The notes beneath the pieces are model-generated. The model saw only the letters and a list, made by a program, of their open reading frames with translations, ran no database searches and had not been told where the DNA came from. From NCBI GenBank assembly GCA_963804955.1, contig CAWDSQ010000001.1:96001-160000 (forward strand): DNA of 64,000 nucleotides, written 5' to 3'. Positions 40,791 through 51,052 of the stretch are shown here, one piece after another (position 1 is the stretch's first letter; each line of letters opens with the position of its first letter). The position numbers and the translations under genes are program-made. Origin of the DNA: an uncultured delta proteobacterium (GTDB taxonomy: Bacteria > Desulfobacterota > WTBG01 > CAIYCZ01 > CAIRTM01).

Positions 40791-40939
40791 GATGTGTGCG
40801 TAATAAGTCGTCACCCCCGGTGAAAACCGGGGCACAGGGTAGGGGCACGAAGCATCGTGCCCCCCACATAAGAATCCTGGATACCGGCTTTCGCCGGTAT
40901 GACGAATTCGTTGAACTTTCGATTTTTTACGAGAGGGTC
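40791..40939. repeat. Composite REP element (CGTC-type pair enclosing a GTAG-type hairpin)
   Basis: CGTCACCCCCGGTGAAAACCGGGG ... GTAGGGGCACGAAGCATCGTGCCCC ... CTGGATACCGGCTTTCGCCGGTATGACG. Confidence 0.75.
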
Positions 40940-41043
40940 TTAAGTAATTGCAGTTGTAAGAATATGGATTCAATTATATAAACATATACATAATGTTACA
41001 CCAATGCTCACTTGGGGAAAAGAATACTTTTCAGGAGATACCG

Positions 41044-42232
41044 ATGAAAACGAGCGTCGCAAAGACCGTGAGGACCACCCCTTTAAAATTATTACCCTTT
41101 TTCCTGATCGCAAGCCTGTTTACTAGTGCTTCCTTCGGGGTGCTCGAAAGAGCAGAAGGCGCCGGCCCTGCCGCCGCCGGACGTTGAGGTTATCGATGTG
41201 GTGCAGAAAGATGTGCCCATCCAGTCCGAGTGGATCGGCACGATCGACGGCATGGTGAACGCCACTATCAGGGCGCAGGTATCGGGCTATCTCATCAAGC
41301 AGAATTACAAGGAAGGCTCGCTGGTAAAAAAAGATGATGTGCTGTTTGAAATAGACCCCCGGCCGTTTCAGGCTGCCTTTGACCAGGCGCAGGCCGAGCT
41401 TGCGCAGCGGCAGGCCCTCTGGGGCACGTCAAAGGCCAATCTTGCGCGCATCCGGCCTCTGGCAAAGAAAAATGCCGTGAGCCAGAAAGACCTCGACGAT
41501 GCCGTGGGCGCTGAGCAGTCGCTGCAGGCCGGCGTTCTTGCGGCCAAAGCAGCTTTCGAAAAAGCGGCGCTTGATCTTGAATTTACAAAAATAAAATCAC
41601 CCATCGACGGCATTGCAGGCCTTGCCGCCGCACAGATCGGCAACCTCGTGGGGCCGCAAACCGCCGACCTCACCACGGTTTCCACGGTTGACCCGGTGAA
41701 GGTCTATGTGGCGATCAGCGAGCAGGAATACATGCGGTTCATGCAGGATAGCGCCCCGCACAGAACCCCTGGCGCTGGACCTTGTGCTGTGCCGACGGCA
41801 GCCTGTTTCCGCATAAGGGGAAAGTCGCTTTTGCCGACCGGCAGGTTGATGTGAAGACCGGGTCGATTCGCGTTGCCACCGAGTTTCCCAATCCCGGCAA
41901 TGTGCTGCGGCCGGGCCAGTATGCGAAGGTCAGGGCGTCCGTCAAAACGCGCACCGGCGCGCTGCTGGTGCCGCAGCGGGCGGTTGCCGACATGCAGGGC
42001 AGCTATCAGCTGGCCGTCGTCGGCAAGGACAATAAGGTGAGCGTGCGTCGCCGTGAAGGTGGCCGAGCGCATCGGCTCGCTCTGGATCATCAGCGAAGGC
42101 CTGCAGCCCGGCGACCGCGTGATCGTGGAAGGCATTCAGAAGGTCAAGGACGGCATGACGGTTGTGCCGAAACTTTCAGGCGACAGCCCTGCACCAGCGC
42201 CGGCGCCTGCGCCGGCACCCGACAAGAGGTAG
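41044..42232 (+). CDS. RND efflux periplasmic adaptor subunit (several frameshifts)
   Basis: Lipobox SGC; IRAQVSGYL, LFEIDPRPF, IKSPIDG, FPNP..LRPGQY, GLQPGDRVIVEG. Confidence 0.9.
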
Positions 42233-42238
42233 CCAGCC

Positions 42239-45200
42239 ATGTCAAAATTCTTCATCAATCGCCCTATTGTGGCCATGGTTATCTCGATCTTCATGGTCAT
42301 CCTCGGCGCTGTGGCCATGTCGGGACTTCCCATCGCCCAGTTTCCCAACATTGTTCCGCCGGCTATCCAGGTGAATGCCGTCTACACCGGCGCCGACGCC
42401 GTCACCGTGGAGCAGTCGGTGGCTACCCCGATCGAGCAGCAGATGTCCGGCGTTGACAATCTGGACTACATGTACTCCGTCAATGCCAACGACGGTTCCA
42501 TGACCCTCTATAACTACTTCGAACTGGGGACCAACGCCAACACCGACCAGATCCTCTCCCAGATGCGCCAGAACCAGGCGTCATCGCAACTGCCGGCCGA
42601 TGTCAACAACTACGGTGTTACGGTGGCGAAATCGACCTCGGCGCCGTACCTCATGTTCGCTCTCTCTTCTCCCAACAACACCTACGACAACGTCTTTCTG
42701 GCCAACTACTCCTACATCAACATCAACGACCAGATGACCCGCATCAAGGGGGTCGCCAGCGTCTCGGTCTTCGGCGCCGGCCAGTACGCCATGCGGTATC
42801 TGGGTCCGGCCGGACCAGCTTGCCAAGCTCAACATCACCATCCCGGAGATCATGAACGCGGTCAAGGCCCAGAATACCGTCAACCCGGCCGGACAGGTCG
42901 GGAGCCAGCCGGTGCCGAAGGGGCAGGAGTTCACCTACACGGTTCGCGCCCAGGGGCGTCTGCAGAGCGAGGCCGAGTTCGGCAATATCGTGCTGCGGGC
43001 CAATCCGGACGGTTCCATCGTGCGGGTGAAGGACGTGGCCCGCATCGAGCTTGGGGCACAGAACTACAAACAGGAAGGGCGCCTCAACGGCAAGCCCTGC
43101 GCCCTGGTCGCCCTGTACCAGATGCCGGGAACCAACGCCATGGAATCGGCCAACGGCGCCAAGAAACTGATGGATGGAGTTGAAGAAGAGCTTCCCGCCT
43201 GACCTGGACTACACGGTGGCGCTGGACACCACCCTGGCGGTCTCCGAAGGGATAAAGGAAATCAAGAGCACCTTCTTCGAGGCGCTGATTCTGGTCATCC
43301 TGGTGGTCTTTATCTTCCTCCAGGGGTGGCGGGCCACGCTGATCCCGCTCCTGGCGGTGCCGGTGTCGCTGGTGGGAACCTTCGCGCTCTTCCCGCTGCT
43401 CGGCTTTTCCATCAACACCCTCTCGCTTTTCGGGATGGTCCTTGCCATCGGCCTGGTCGTGGATGACGCCATTGTCGTGGTCGAGGCGGTGGAGCATCAT
43501 ATCGAAAAAGGCCTGAGCCCGAAGGATGCCACGTTCAAGGCCATGGAGGAGGTGTCCGGCCCGGTCATCGCCATCGCCATCATCCTGGCGGCGGTCTTCG
43601 TGCCGACGGCCTTCATCCCCGGCATTACCGGCCAGCTTTACCAGCAGTTCGCCGTGACCATCGCCGTCTCGGTCATCATTTCGGCCTTCAACGCCCTCAC
43701 CCTTTCTCCGGCGCTCTGTGCACTGCTGCTGAAGCCGAAGGTCAAGGGAACCGGCCCGCTGCAGAAGTTCTACGACTGGTTCAACCGGGTCTTCGGCCGG
43801 GCCACCGACGGCTACGTGTCAATCTGCGGCGCCGCCATCAGGAAAAGCAAGACCAGTCTGCTCCTGCTGCTCGGGGTGACCGTCCTGGCCGGGGTAGCGG
43901 GTAAGAGCCATTCCGACCGGCTTCCTCCCCGACGAGGACCAGGGCTTTATCTTCGCCAATATCCAGCTCCCCAATTCCGCTTCGCTGCAGCGGACCAGTG
44001 AAGTGGCCCGTCAGGCCGAAGAGATCATCATGAAAACCCCGGGCGTCCAGTACTGTTCGACGATTCTCGGCTACAGCCTGCTGAGCCAGGTCAGCTAACA
44101 CCTACAGCGCCTTTTTCTTCATCTCCCTGAAAGAGTGGAAGGAGCGGAAAGCTCCGGAAGAGCAGTACGAGGCGATCAAGGCCTCCCTGACGAAAAAGAT
44201 GGGCGGGCTGCCGGGCGCCATCGGCTTCCCGTTCCCGCCACCGGCCATCATGGGGATCGGCACCTCGGGCGGGGCCACCTTCATGCTGCAGGACAAGGCC
44301 GGCAAGGATGTCGCCTTCCTGGCCGAGAACACGCAGAAATTCATCGAAGCGGCCAGGAAAAGGCCTGAACTGGCCCGGGTCACCACCACCTTCATCCCCA
44401 CCGTGCCGCAGCTGTTCGTGGATGTGGACCGGGACAAGGTGCTGAAGCAGGGGGTTGAGATCAGCGACGTCTACAAGGTCCTGCAGAGCTTCATGGGGAG
44501 CGGTTTCATCAACTACTTCAACAAATTCGGCCGCCAGTGGCAGACCTATATCCAGGCCGAGGGGGACTACCGGACCAATATCGAGAATATCGGCCAGTTC
44601 TATGTGCGCAACAAGGACGGGCAATCAGTGCCCCTCTCGGCGCTGACTTCGGTTCGCAGCATCACCGGCCCGGAATTCACCATGCGCTTCAACCTCTACC
44701 GCTCGGCCCAGATCAACGCCACCGCGGCCCCCGGCTTCAGTTCGGCCCAGGCCATGAAGGCGCTGGAAGAGACCTTTGCCCAGACCATGCCGCGGGAGAT
44801 GGGGTACGACTACAGCGGCATGTCGTTCCAGGAGAAGAAGGCCCAGAAGGGGGTCTCGCCGATGGCGATCTTCGCCTTCTCGTTCCTGTGCGTCTTCCTG
44901 ATCCTGGCGGCCCAGTACGAAAGCTGGTCGCTGCCGTTCTCGGTCCTGCTGGGAACGCCGGTGGCCGTGGCCGGAGCCTTCGCCGGCCTGCTCTTCGGAA
45001 AATTCGAGAACAACATCTACGCCCAGATCGGTCTGGTCATGCTGATCGGCCTGGCGGCCAAGAACGCCATCCTCATCGTCGAATTCGCCAAGATGGAGTA
45101 TGAGAAGGGCAAACCGCTGGTGGAAGCGACCCTGGAGGGCGCCAGGCTGCGCTTGCGGCCGATCCTGATGACCTCCTTCGCCTTCATCCTCGGCTGCGTG

Positions 45201-45380
45201 CCGCTGGCCATCGCCAGCGGGGCCGGCGCCATCTCGCGGCAGGTCATGGGGTACACCGTCATCTTCGGGATGCTGGCCGCCTCCTTCATCGCCATCTTCC
45301 TGATACCGGTTACCTATTATGTCGTGGAGAAGCTGTCTCACGGTGGCGCAAAGGCAAAAACAGAAGCGGAGGTAGTGTAA
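42239..45380 (+). CDS. HAE1-family RND permease (AcrB/MexB-like; several frameshifts)
   Basis: MSKFFINRPI, LAIGLVVDDAIVVVE, QQFAVTIA, GLAAKNAILIVEFA, RLRPILMTS. Confidence 0.95.
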
Positions 45381-45381
45381 T

Positions 45382-46962
45382 ATGCTGAGACGAATGTTAT
45401 ATTTGCTTCGAGGTCACTATCTCGCGGCTTTCTGCGCATCCCGTCATTCCGGCGAAAGCCGGAATCCAGAAAACAAGCTGTCTGGATGCCGGATCAAGTC
45501 CGGCATGACGAAACAGCTTCAATTCCTCGGAGCTTTTGGCGGTGCGATCTGTTTGGTTATTGTTGTTTCCGGCTGCGCCATCGGCCCTGATTATTTGCGG
45601 CCGAAGGTTGATGTGCCGCAGGCATGGATTACCAAAGATGGCGTTTCACCGGATGTTATCAATACGGCCTGGTGGAAGCAGTTTCAGGACCCCGTGCTTG
45701 ACGGACTCATCGAGACCGCGCTGCGCGAAAACAAAGACCTGCTCATCGCGGCGGCCCGGGTTGAAGAGTTCCTGGGGCTCTATGCCGAAACGCGCTCAGC
45801 CCTGTTTCCGCAGATCGGCGCAGGCGCAGCAGGCGGCAGGCAGCGGGTGACGAAAGAAACCCCCAATGACCTTTCCCCCGGTACGCGCACGGCCTTTAAT
45901 AACTATACCGCCATACTCAATGCCAGCTGGGAGCTTGATATCTGGGGCCGCATCCGCCGCTCCACCGAAGCGGCGCGGGCCGATCTTGTGGCCACAGAGG
46001 AGGGCAGGAGAACGGTTGTTTTGAGCCTTGTCGCGGCAGTGGCAACCACCTATATCGATCTGCGCTCCCTTGACCGGCAGCTTGAAATAGCCATCGACAC
46101 CGCAGCCTCCCGCAAGGCAAGCTATGAGCTTTTCCAAATGCGCTTTCAGGGCGGCATCATATCGGACCTGCAGCTCTCGCAGGTGCTGTCGCAGTATGAA
46201 GAATCCCTGGCGGTTATTCCCTCTATCGAAAAAAGCATAGCTTTCACCGAGCATAGCCTGAGCCTGCTTCTCGGTCGCAATCCCGGGGCCATTACCCGGG
46301 GCCGGACAATAGCCAAGCTTGCGCTGCCTGAGGTTCCCGAAGGCCTTCCTTCAACGCTTCTCGAACGGCGGCCTGATATCCTGCAGGCCGAGCAGAACCT
46401 CGTTGCAGCAAATGCCCGCATCGGCGTTGCCCGTTCACTGTATTTTCCGACCATATCGCTGACAGGGTACCGGGGGTCTGAAAGCTCCCATCTGTCTGAC
46501 CTGTTTTCCGGGCCTGCGCGTATCTGGAGCTATGCAGGGCAGGCGACCATGCCCATTTTTACCGCCGGCAGGATCGCAGGGATTGTGCGGGCTTCGGAAG
46601 CCGTGCGGCAGCAGGCGCTTTTGCAGTATGAGCAGGCGATCCAAAACGCCTTTCGCGATGTTGAAGACAGCCTTATCGACCGCATGAAATCAGGCGAGCG
46701 CCTTGATGCGCAGGCTCGCCAGCTTGATGCGCTGCGCACCTATGCCCGCGTTGCCCGCGAGCGCTTTGATGAAGGCTATACCAGCTATATTGAAGTGCTT
46801 GACGCCGAGCGGTCGTTGTTTAATGTGGAGCTTGACTATACGCAAACGCAGGCCGTGCTGCTCACATCACTGGTCAATATGTACAAAGCCATGGGCGGCG
46901 GATGGGTCAGTGAGGCTGACAGCATGACGGCAGCAGGATCTGCGGAGGGCGATAAAAAATAA
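45382..46962 (+). CDS. Outer-membrane efflux lipoprotein (NodT/OprM family)
   Basis: VSGC lipobox, WWKQFQDP, SWELDIWG, LLERRPDI, YKAMGGGW. Confidence 0.93.
   Translation: MLRRMLYLLRGHYLAAFCASRHSGESRNPENKLSGCRIKSGMTKQLQFLGAFGGAICLVIVVSGCAIGPDYLRPKVDVPQAWITKDGVSPDVINTAWWKQFQDPVLDGLIETALRENKDLLIAAARVEEFLGLYAETRSALFPQIGAGAAGGRQRVTKETPNDLSPGTRTAFNNYTAILNASWELDIWGRIRRSTEAARADLVATEEGRRTVVLSLVAAVATTYIDLRSLDRQLEIAIDTAASRKASYELFQMRFQGGIISDLQLSQVLSQYEESLAVIPSIEKSIAFTEHSLSLLLGRNPGAITRGRTIAKLALPEVPEGLPSTLLERRPDILQAEQNLVAANARIGVARSLYFPTISLTGYRGSESSHLSDLFSGPARIWSYAGQATMPIFTAGRIAGIVRASEAVRQQALLQYEQAIQNAFRDVEDSLIDRMKSGERLDAQARQLDALRTYARVARERFDEGYTSYIEVLDAERSLFNVELDYTQTQAVLLTSLVNMYKAMGGGWVSEADSMTAAGSAEGDKK
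45442..45510. repeat. CGTC-type REP inside 5' end of OM efflux gene
   Basis: CGTCATTCCGGCGAAAGCCGGAATCCAG...CTGGATGCCGGATCAAGTCCGGCATGACG, 69 bp. Confidence 0.85.
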
Positions 46963-47133
46963 AGCGCCTGGAACAATCAAAACAGATTTTTCAGCCAGCG
47001 GCCTCGCAGGCACTATAAGACCCCTTTTCTATGGGTAGTTCCAAGGTCTGCTGTGCCGCGGGAGACTGTTTAGCTTCTGGCGGGGTAGCTAAACGATGCC
47101 CGGCTATAAACACCTGTGGAAAGGAAAACAGCA

Positions 47134-47490
47134 ATGGCTTGTGAAATTACACGAATCGATGGCGAAGTCATTTGTATCAGACTCACGGGCATCATGAAAT
47201 CAACCGACCAGCAGTCAATGCAGGATGCCGGCAAAAAGCTGATCGACCAGGGCATCAAGCCGAGGCTTCTGGTCACCTTTCATGCTTTTGAGGGCTGGGA
47301 GAAGGGCGCTGACTGGGGCGATGTCGGATTTATGCTGACTGCAGGCAAAAACATCACCAAAATAGCCCTTGTTGGCGATGAGCAATGGAAGGATGATGCC
47401 TTTGCCTTTGTCGGCAAGGGGCTCAGGCCGACGGAGATCGAGTTTTTTGCCCCCGCGGCAAAGGACGCCGAGACATGGGTGCGGTCATAA
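47134..47490 (+). CDS. SpoIIAA-like (STAS/SEC14) protein
   Basis: FEGWE, KIALVGDEQW, EIEFF..AETWV. Confidence 0.85.
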   Translation: MACEITRIDGEVICIRLTGIMKSTDQQSMQDAGKKLIDQGIKPRLLVTFHAFEGWEKGADWGDVGFMLTAGKNITKIALVGDEQWKDDAFAFVGKGLRPTEIEFFAPAAKDAETWVRS

Positions 47491-47538
47491 ACACAATTTA
47501 AAGCCTAAAAAAATGCTAAAATTCTTGAGGAGAGAAAA

Positions 47539-48776
47539 ATGAGCAAAGAGGCAATTGCGTATAATTGTTTTGCTGTACATGGCGCTGCATGTTTCGGCCT
47601 TGAGCGCCAGGGCTCAGCTTCCTGAGTATCAGCAGCCGCCGATCATGCTGAAGAGCGCGGATTTCTGCCGCGACGCTCCTGAAGGGGTTTGGCAGGATTG
47701 CCGGCCGAGCGGAAAACGACGGACTGGTGAACAGGTATCTCGTCACCTGTTCCGACGGCGCGCCAGCATAGAAAGCACGGAGGCTGTGCTGATCTATCCA
47801 GGAGCGGGAGGCGCTGAACAATATAGAGAAGATCTCTAAAACCGACGAGTTTAAAGAGGCGTTTAAAAAAGCCGGCCTGGGGCCCTATCACACAGCCAAG
47901 GGCCTGGTGACCGAGCCTGTGGATACGGTGAAAAAAATCGGCACCGGCATAGGCCGCTGGTTCAGTGATGTGGGCAGCTCGATTGCCAGCAAGGACCCGA
48001 ATCAACCCGGTGTCGCCAAGACGGCGCTGGGGCAGGCTGCGGCAAAGCGCATGTTCGCGTACCGGCTCAACGTGAACCCCTATACGGACAACAGGCAGCT
48101 GCAGGACAAGCTCGACAGCCTGGCTTGGGTGGCTTTTTCCGGTGGTTTGACGGTGAAAGTCGCTTTTGCCGCCATTCCCAATGTGCCGGGCACGGTGATA
48201 AGCTTTTCAAGCACCTCTGATTCTATGAAACAAAAGGTGCGCGATAAGTCGCCTGCCGAGCTGCATGACAGTAACAAAAAAGCCCTGCAGAATATGGGGA
48301 TAACGCCGCAACTGGCTGATGAATTCCTCAATAATTATGTGTTTGACCCCTATGAAAAGACTTTGATCACCGGGGCGCTTGAGAGCATGCCGGGGGTGGA
48401 GAACCGCGCTTTTTTTATATGGAATACAATAGGCATCACCGATCCGTCGGTGTCCCTTTTTGTGCGTTTGCAGGTTGAATATATGGCCGCCTATGCTGCA
48501 CGCCATACTGATATGGTCTCCCTGGTCGATGTCTGCGGCAAAACATTTTTTAAAAGTAAAGACAATATCGTAGTGGGCATTTTCCCGCTTGATTATGTCG
48601 CCTGGACGCAGAATCTTGATGAAAAGGAGCGCATGATTTCCCGTGCCATCGGCACGATACAAGGCGTTACGGGTAAAAAGCTCATAGTCTACGGTACCAT
48701 CGACCCGCAGGCGCGTCAGGTGCTGGAGCAGCGCGGCTGGAGCATTATGGAAGAGAAGCCGACCGGTGCACTGTAG
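47539..48776 (+). CDS. Conserved exported hypothetical protein (5' part frameshifted)
   Basis: GAGGAG SD before ATG 47539; signal-like start; intact 3' ORF 47907-48776 (AKR..A..L.V.PY.DN). Confidence 0.65.
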
Positions 48777-48908
48777 CACGTGAACGCTCATCCGGCAAAA
48801 GCAGTGCGCCGGAAGGGGATAATAACCCCCGCTCCTTCCTTTGAAGAAACCCTCTAAAAAGGTTTCTAAAAAAGCTTCGCCTCTTTTTTTACATGCCAGG
48901 GGACAGCC

Positions 48909-49850
48909 ATGAAATACTTTCTTCCTCAAGCTGTGTTAGTGCTGGCCGGCATGGTTGTTTTCTGCCTTGCCTGTGATGCTGATGCCCGCGGTGTGGGCCG
49001 TGGCGGAGGCGGTCGGGGGGGCTTTGGCGGTGGAGGGTCGTATGGCTCGGTCAGGCAGTCGGGCGGCTATGGCAGCAGACCCGTAAACAGGCCTGAGCGT
49101 CCCTCGTCCGACTCATGGGAAAACCGCCGCGATATGCAGCGCGGTCAGTACGGATCAGTGCGGCAGAATGCAGAGACAGAGGAGCTGCAAAACTGGGGAG
49201 AAGAACGCATTGATGACAGGAACTCGCGCCAGGAGAGGCGCCAGGAGCGCCGCCAGAGGATAGAGGACTCCAGGCTGGGGGAGTATGCCGCACTGCGGGA
49301 GGTACGGGAAAACCGGGATGATTTTATCTATTATGCCTATGATGACTACTGGTATGGCTGGGACGACTGGTATCTTGACAACTATGATTATTATGATCAC
49401 TGGTATTACCCGGCAACCGAATTTGCTGTTGCTTCAAACCCTGTTGTGATCGGCGTAAACACCTACTATTACACAAGCGAGGGTTATTGGTATATTCAGG
49501 TTTCAGACGAGGGTGAGACCGGGTATGTAAGGATTTCGACTCCTGCCGGGCATGAAGCAGCTGAGCTGCCGTCAGGATACAAGACCATCACAGCCGACGG
49601 CAGAACCTACTATGTCAGCAACGGAACATTTTACATAAGCATCCAGAGTGATAGTGAAAACGCATATCTTGTGGTTACCCCACCTTTCGGGGTCGAGGTG
49701 CCCGAACTGCCCCGGGATGCGGTGGCCGTGAACGAGGAAGGCTGCACCTATTACCAGCATGATCTGACCTGGTACCGAAAAATAACGGATGACGGCAAAA
49801 CAAGCAGCAAAAGAGCCTATATGATTGTCGCCTCTCCTTTTAAAAAATAG
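48909..49850 (+). CDS. Secreted Gly/Arg-rich protein with Tyr-rich C-terminal repeats (DUF6515-like), copy A
   Basis: Signal ADA-R; RGG tract; YYY..G..Y...Y.VV.PP.G repeats. Confidence 0.75.
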   Translation: MKYFLPQAVLVLAGMVVFCLACDADARGVGRGGGGRGGFGGGGSYGSVRQSGGYGSRPVNRPERPSSDSWENRRDMQRGQYGSVRQNAETEELQNWGEERIDDRNSRQERRQERRQRIEDSRLGEYAALREVRENRDDFIYYAYDDYWYGWDDWYLDNYDYYDHWYYPATEFAVASNPVVIGVNTYYYTSEGYWYIQVSDEGETGYVRISTPAGHEAAELPSGYKTITADGRTYYVSNGTFYISIQSDSENAYLVVTPPFGVEVPELPRDAVAVNEEGCTYYQHDLTWYRKITDDGKTSSKRAYMIVASPFKK

Positions 49851-50033
49851 AGCATTTTTCTAAATAGTGTAGCCCTATTGTCATTTCGAATCCCGCAGCA
49901 GGCGGGATGAGAAATCTTAACAACTTGATTATACTGCAGCCTAAGATCTCTCCCGGAGCCTGCCATGAGCGAAGTCGAAGGGGTCGAGATGACAGATAGA
50001 TAGACCGTCTATAGTAAAAAGAAAAATGCTCTA
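49848..50033. mobile_element. MITE-like element with 14-bp perfect TIR carrying a TGTC-type REP
   Basis: TAGAGCATTTTTCT ... AGAAAAATGCTCTA; interior TGTCATTTCGA..GAGAAATCT..AGATCTCTC..TCGAGATGACA. Confidence 0.75.
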
Positions 50034-50261
50034 GTGCTGCAGAAACGGTAGGTCTCTGCAAGCATGAGCAATCGATCGCATGTCCGGATACCCCGGGCTG
50101 CGTGCCGGGTGGGGCAGCATGAAGAGGTTGCGGCCTATTCTGTAATCAATTTTTAATTTATTTTGTATTGGATTTTCTGAGCTGTGCTAAAATAACTTGA
50201 AAGAGCAGTGCTTCCGCATTTTGTGAAACAGGGAATTTAATAACTTTATGAGGAGACAGCC

Positions 50262-51029
50262 ATGAAGTACATGCTGCAGCTGGTGTTTTTTTCTGCATTT
50301 TTTGTATCGCTGACGGCAGGTTTCGGTTGGGGTGCTTCTGCCGCCTCGATTGATCCGCAGGCCGAGAAAATTATGCAGGCCATGAACGCTCAGAAAAAAA
50401 AGAATATCATGGCCAGCCTGGAAATTGTTGACACCATGGATGAAGTGTCCGAAGCCGGGCAGATGATCCAGTACTCCCATATGCGCAGGCTGGTGGTCAG
50501 CGAGCCGAAGCGGTTCTGGATCGAATCGACAGGCGACATTACCAACACCACCATGTGGAAAGACAATACGACGATTACCCTGCTTGACCGCAGGGCCAAT
50601 GCCTATGCGCAGGCAGCGGCTCCCGGCACCATTGACGAGACCATGGACATGCTGCTTGACACCTACGGAGTTACAACGCCCCTTGCCGACCTGCTGAGCG
50701 ATGACCTGTTCGCGGTTTTGATGAAAAACGTCATAGCCTGCCGCTACGTGGGGCTCCACTCTGCCGACGGCATTACGTGCCACCATATCGCGGCGACGCA
50801 GAAAAATATCGACTGGCAGATATGGATTGACGCCGGAGGTACACCTCAGTTGCGCAAAATCATCATAACCTATAAACAGAAGCCCGGTGCGCCGCAGTAC
50901 ACCGCGGTTTTGAAAAGTTTTAATGAGATTAAGCAGCTGCCCGGGGACACTTTTACCTTCAAGGCGCCGGAAAAAGTCGAAAAGATACCACTTCTCCCAG
51001 TAAAAAAACGCTCTAAAAAACAGCCGTAA
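50262..51029 (+). CDS. DUF2092 periplasmic protein
   Basis: Signal peptide; PLADLL, CHHIA..Q..IDWQIWI, PQY. Confidence 0.85.
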   Translation: MKYMLQLVFFSAFFVSLTAGFGWGASAASIDPQAEKIMQAMNAQKKKNIMASLEIVDTMDEVSEAGQMIQYSHMRRLVVSEPKRFWIESTGDITNTTMWKDNTTITLLDRRANAYAQAAAPGTIDETMDMLLDTYGVTTPLADLLSDDLFAVLMKNVIACRYVGLHSADGITCHHIAATQKNIDWQIWIDAGGTPQLRKIIITYKQKPGAPQYTAVLKSFNEIKQLPGDTFTFKAPEKVEKIPLLPVKKRSKKQP

Positions 51030-51052
51030 CTTTTGCCGGGAAGGAGGCGGGT

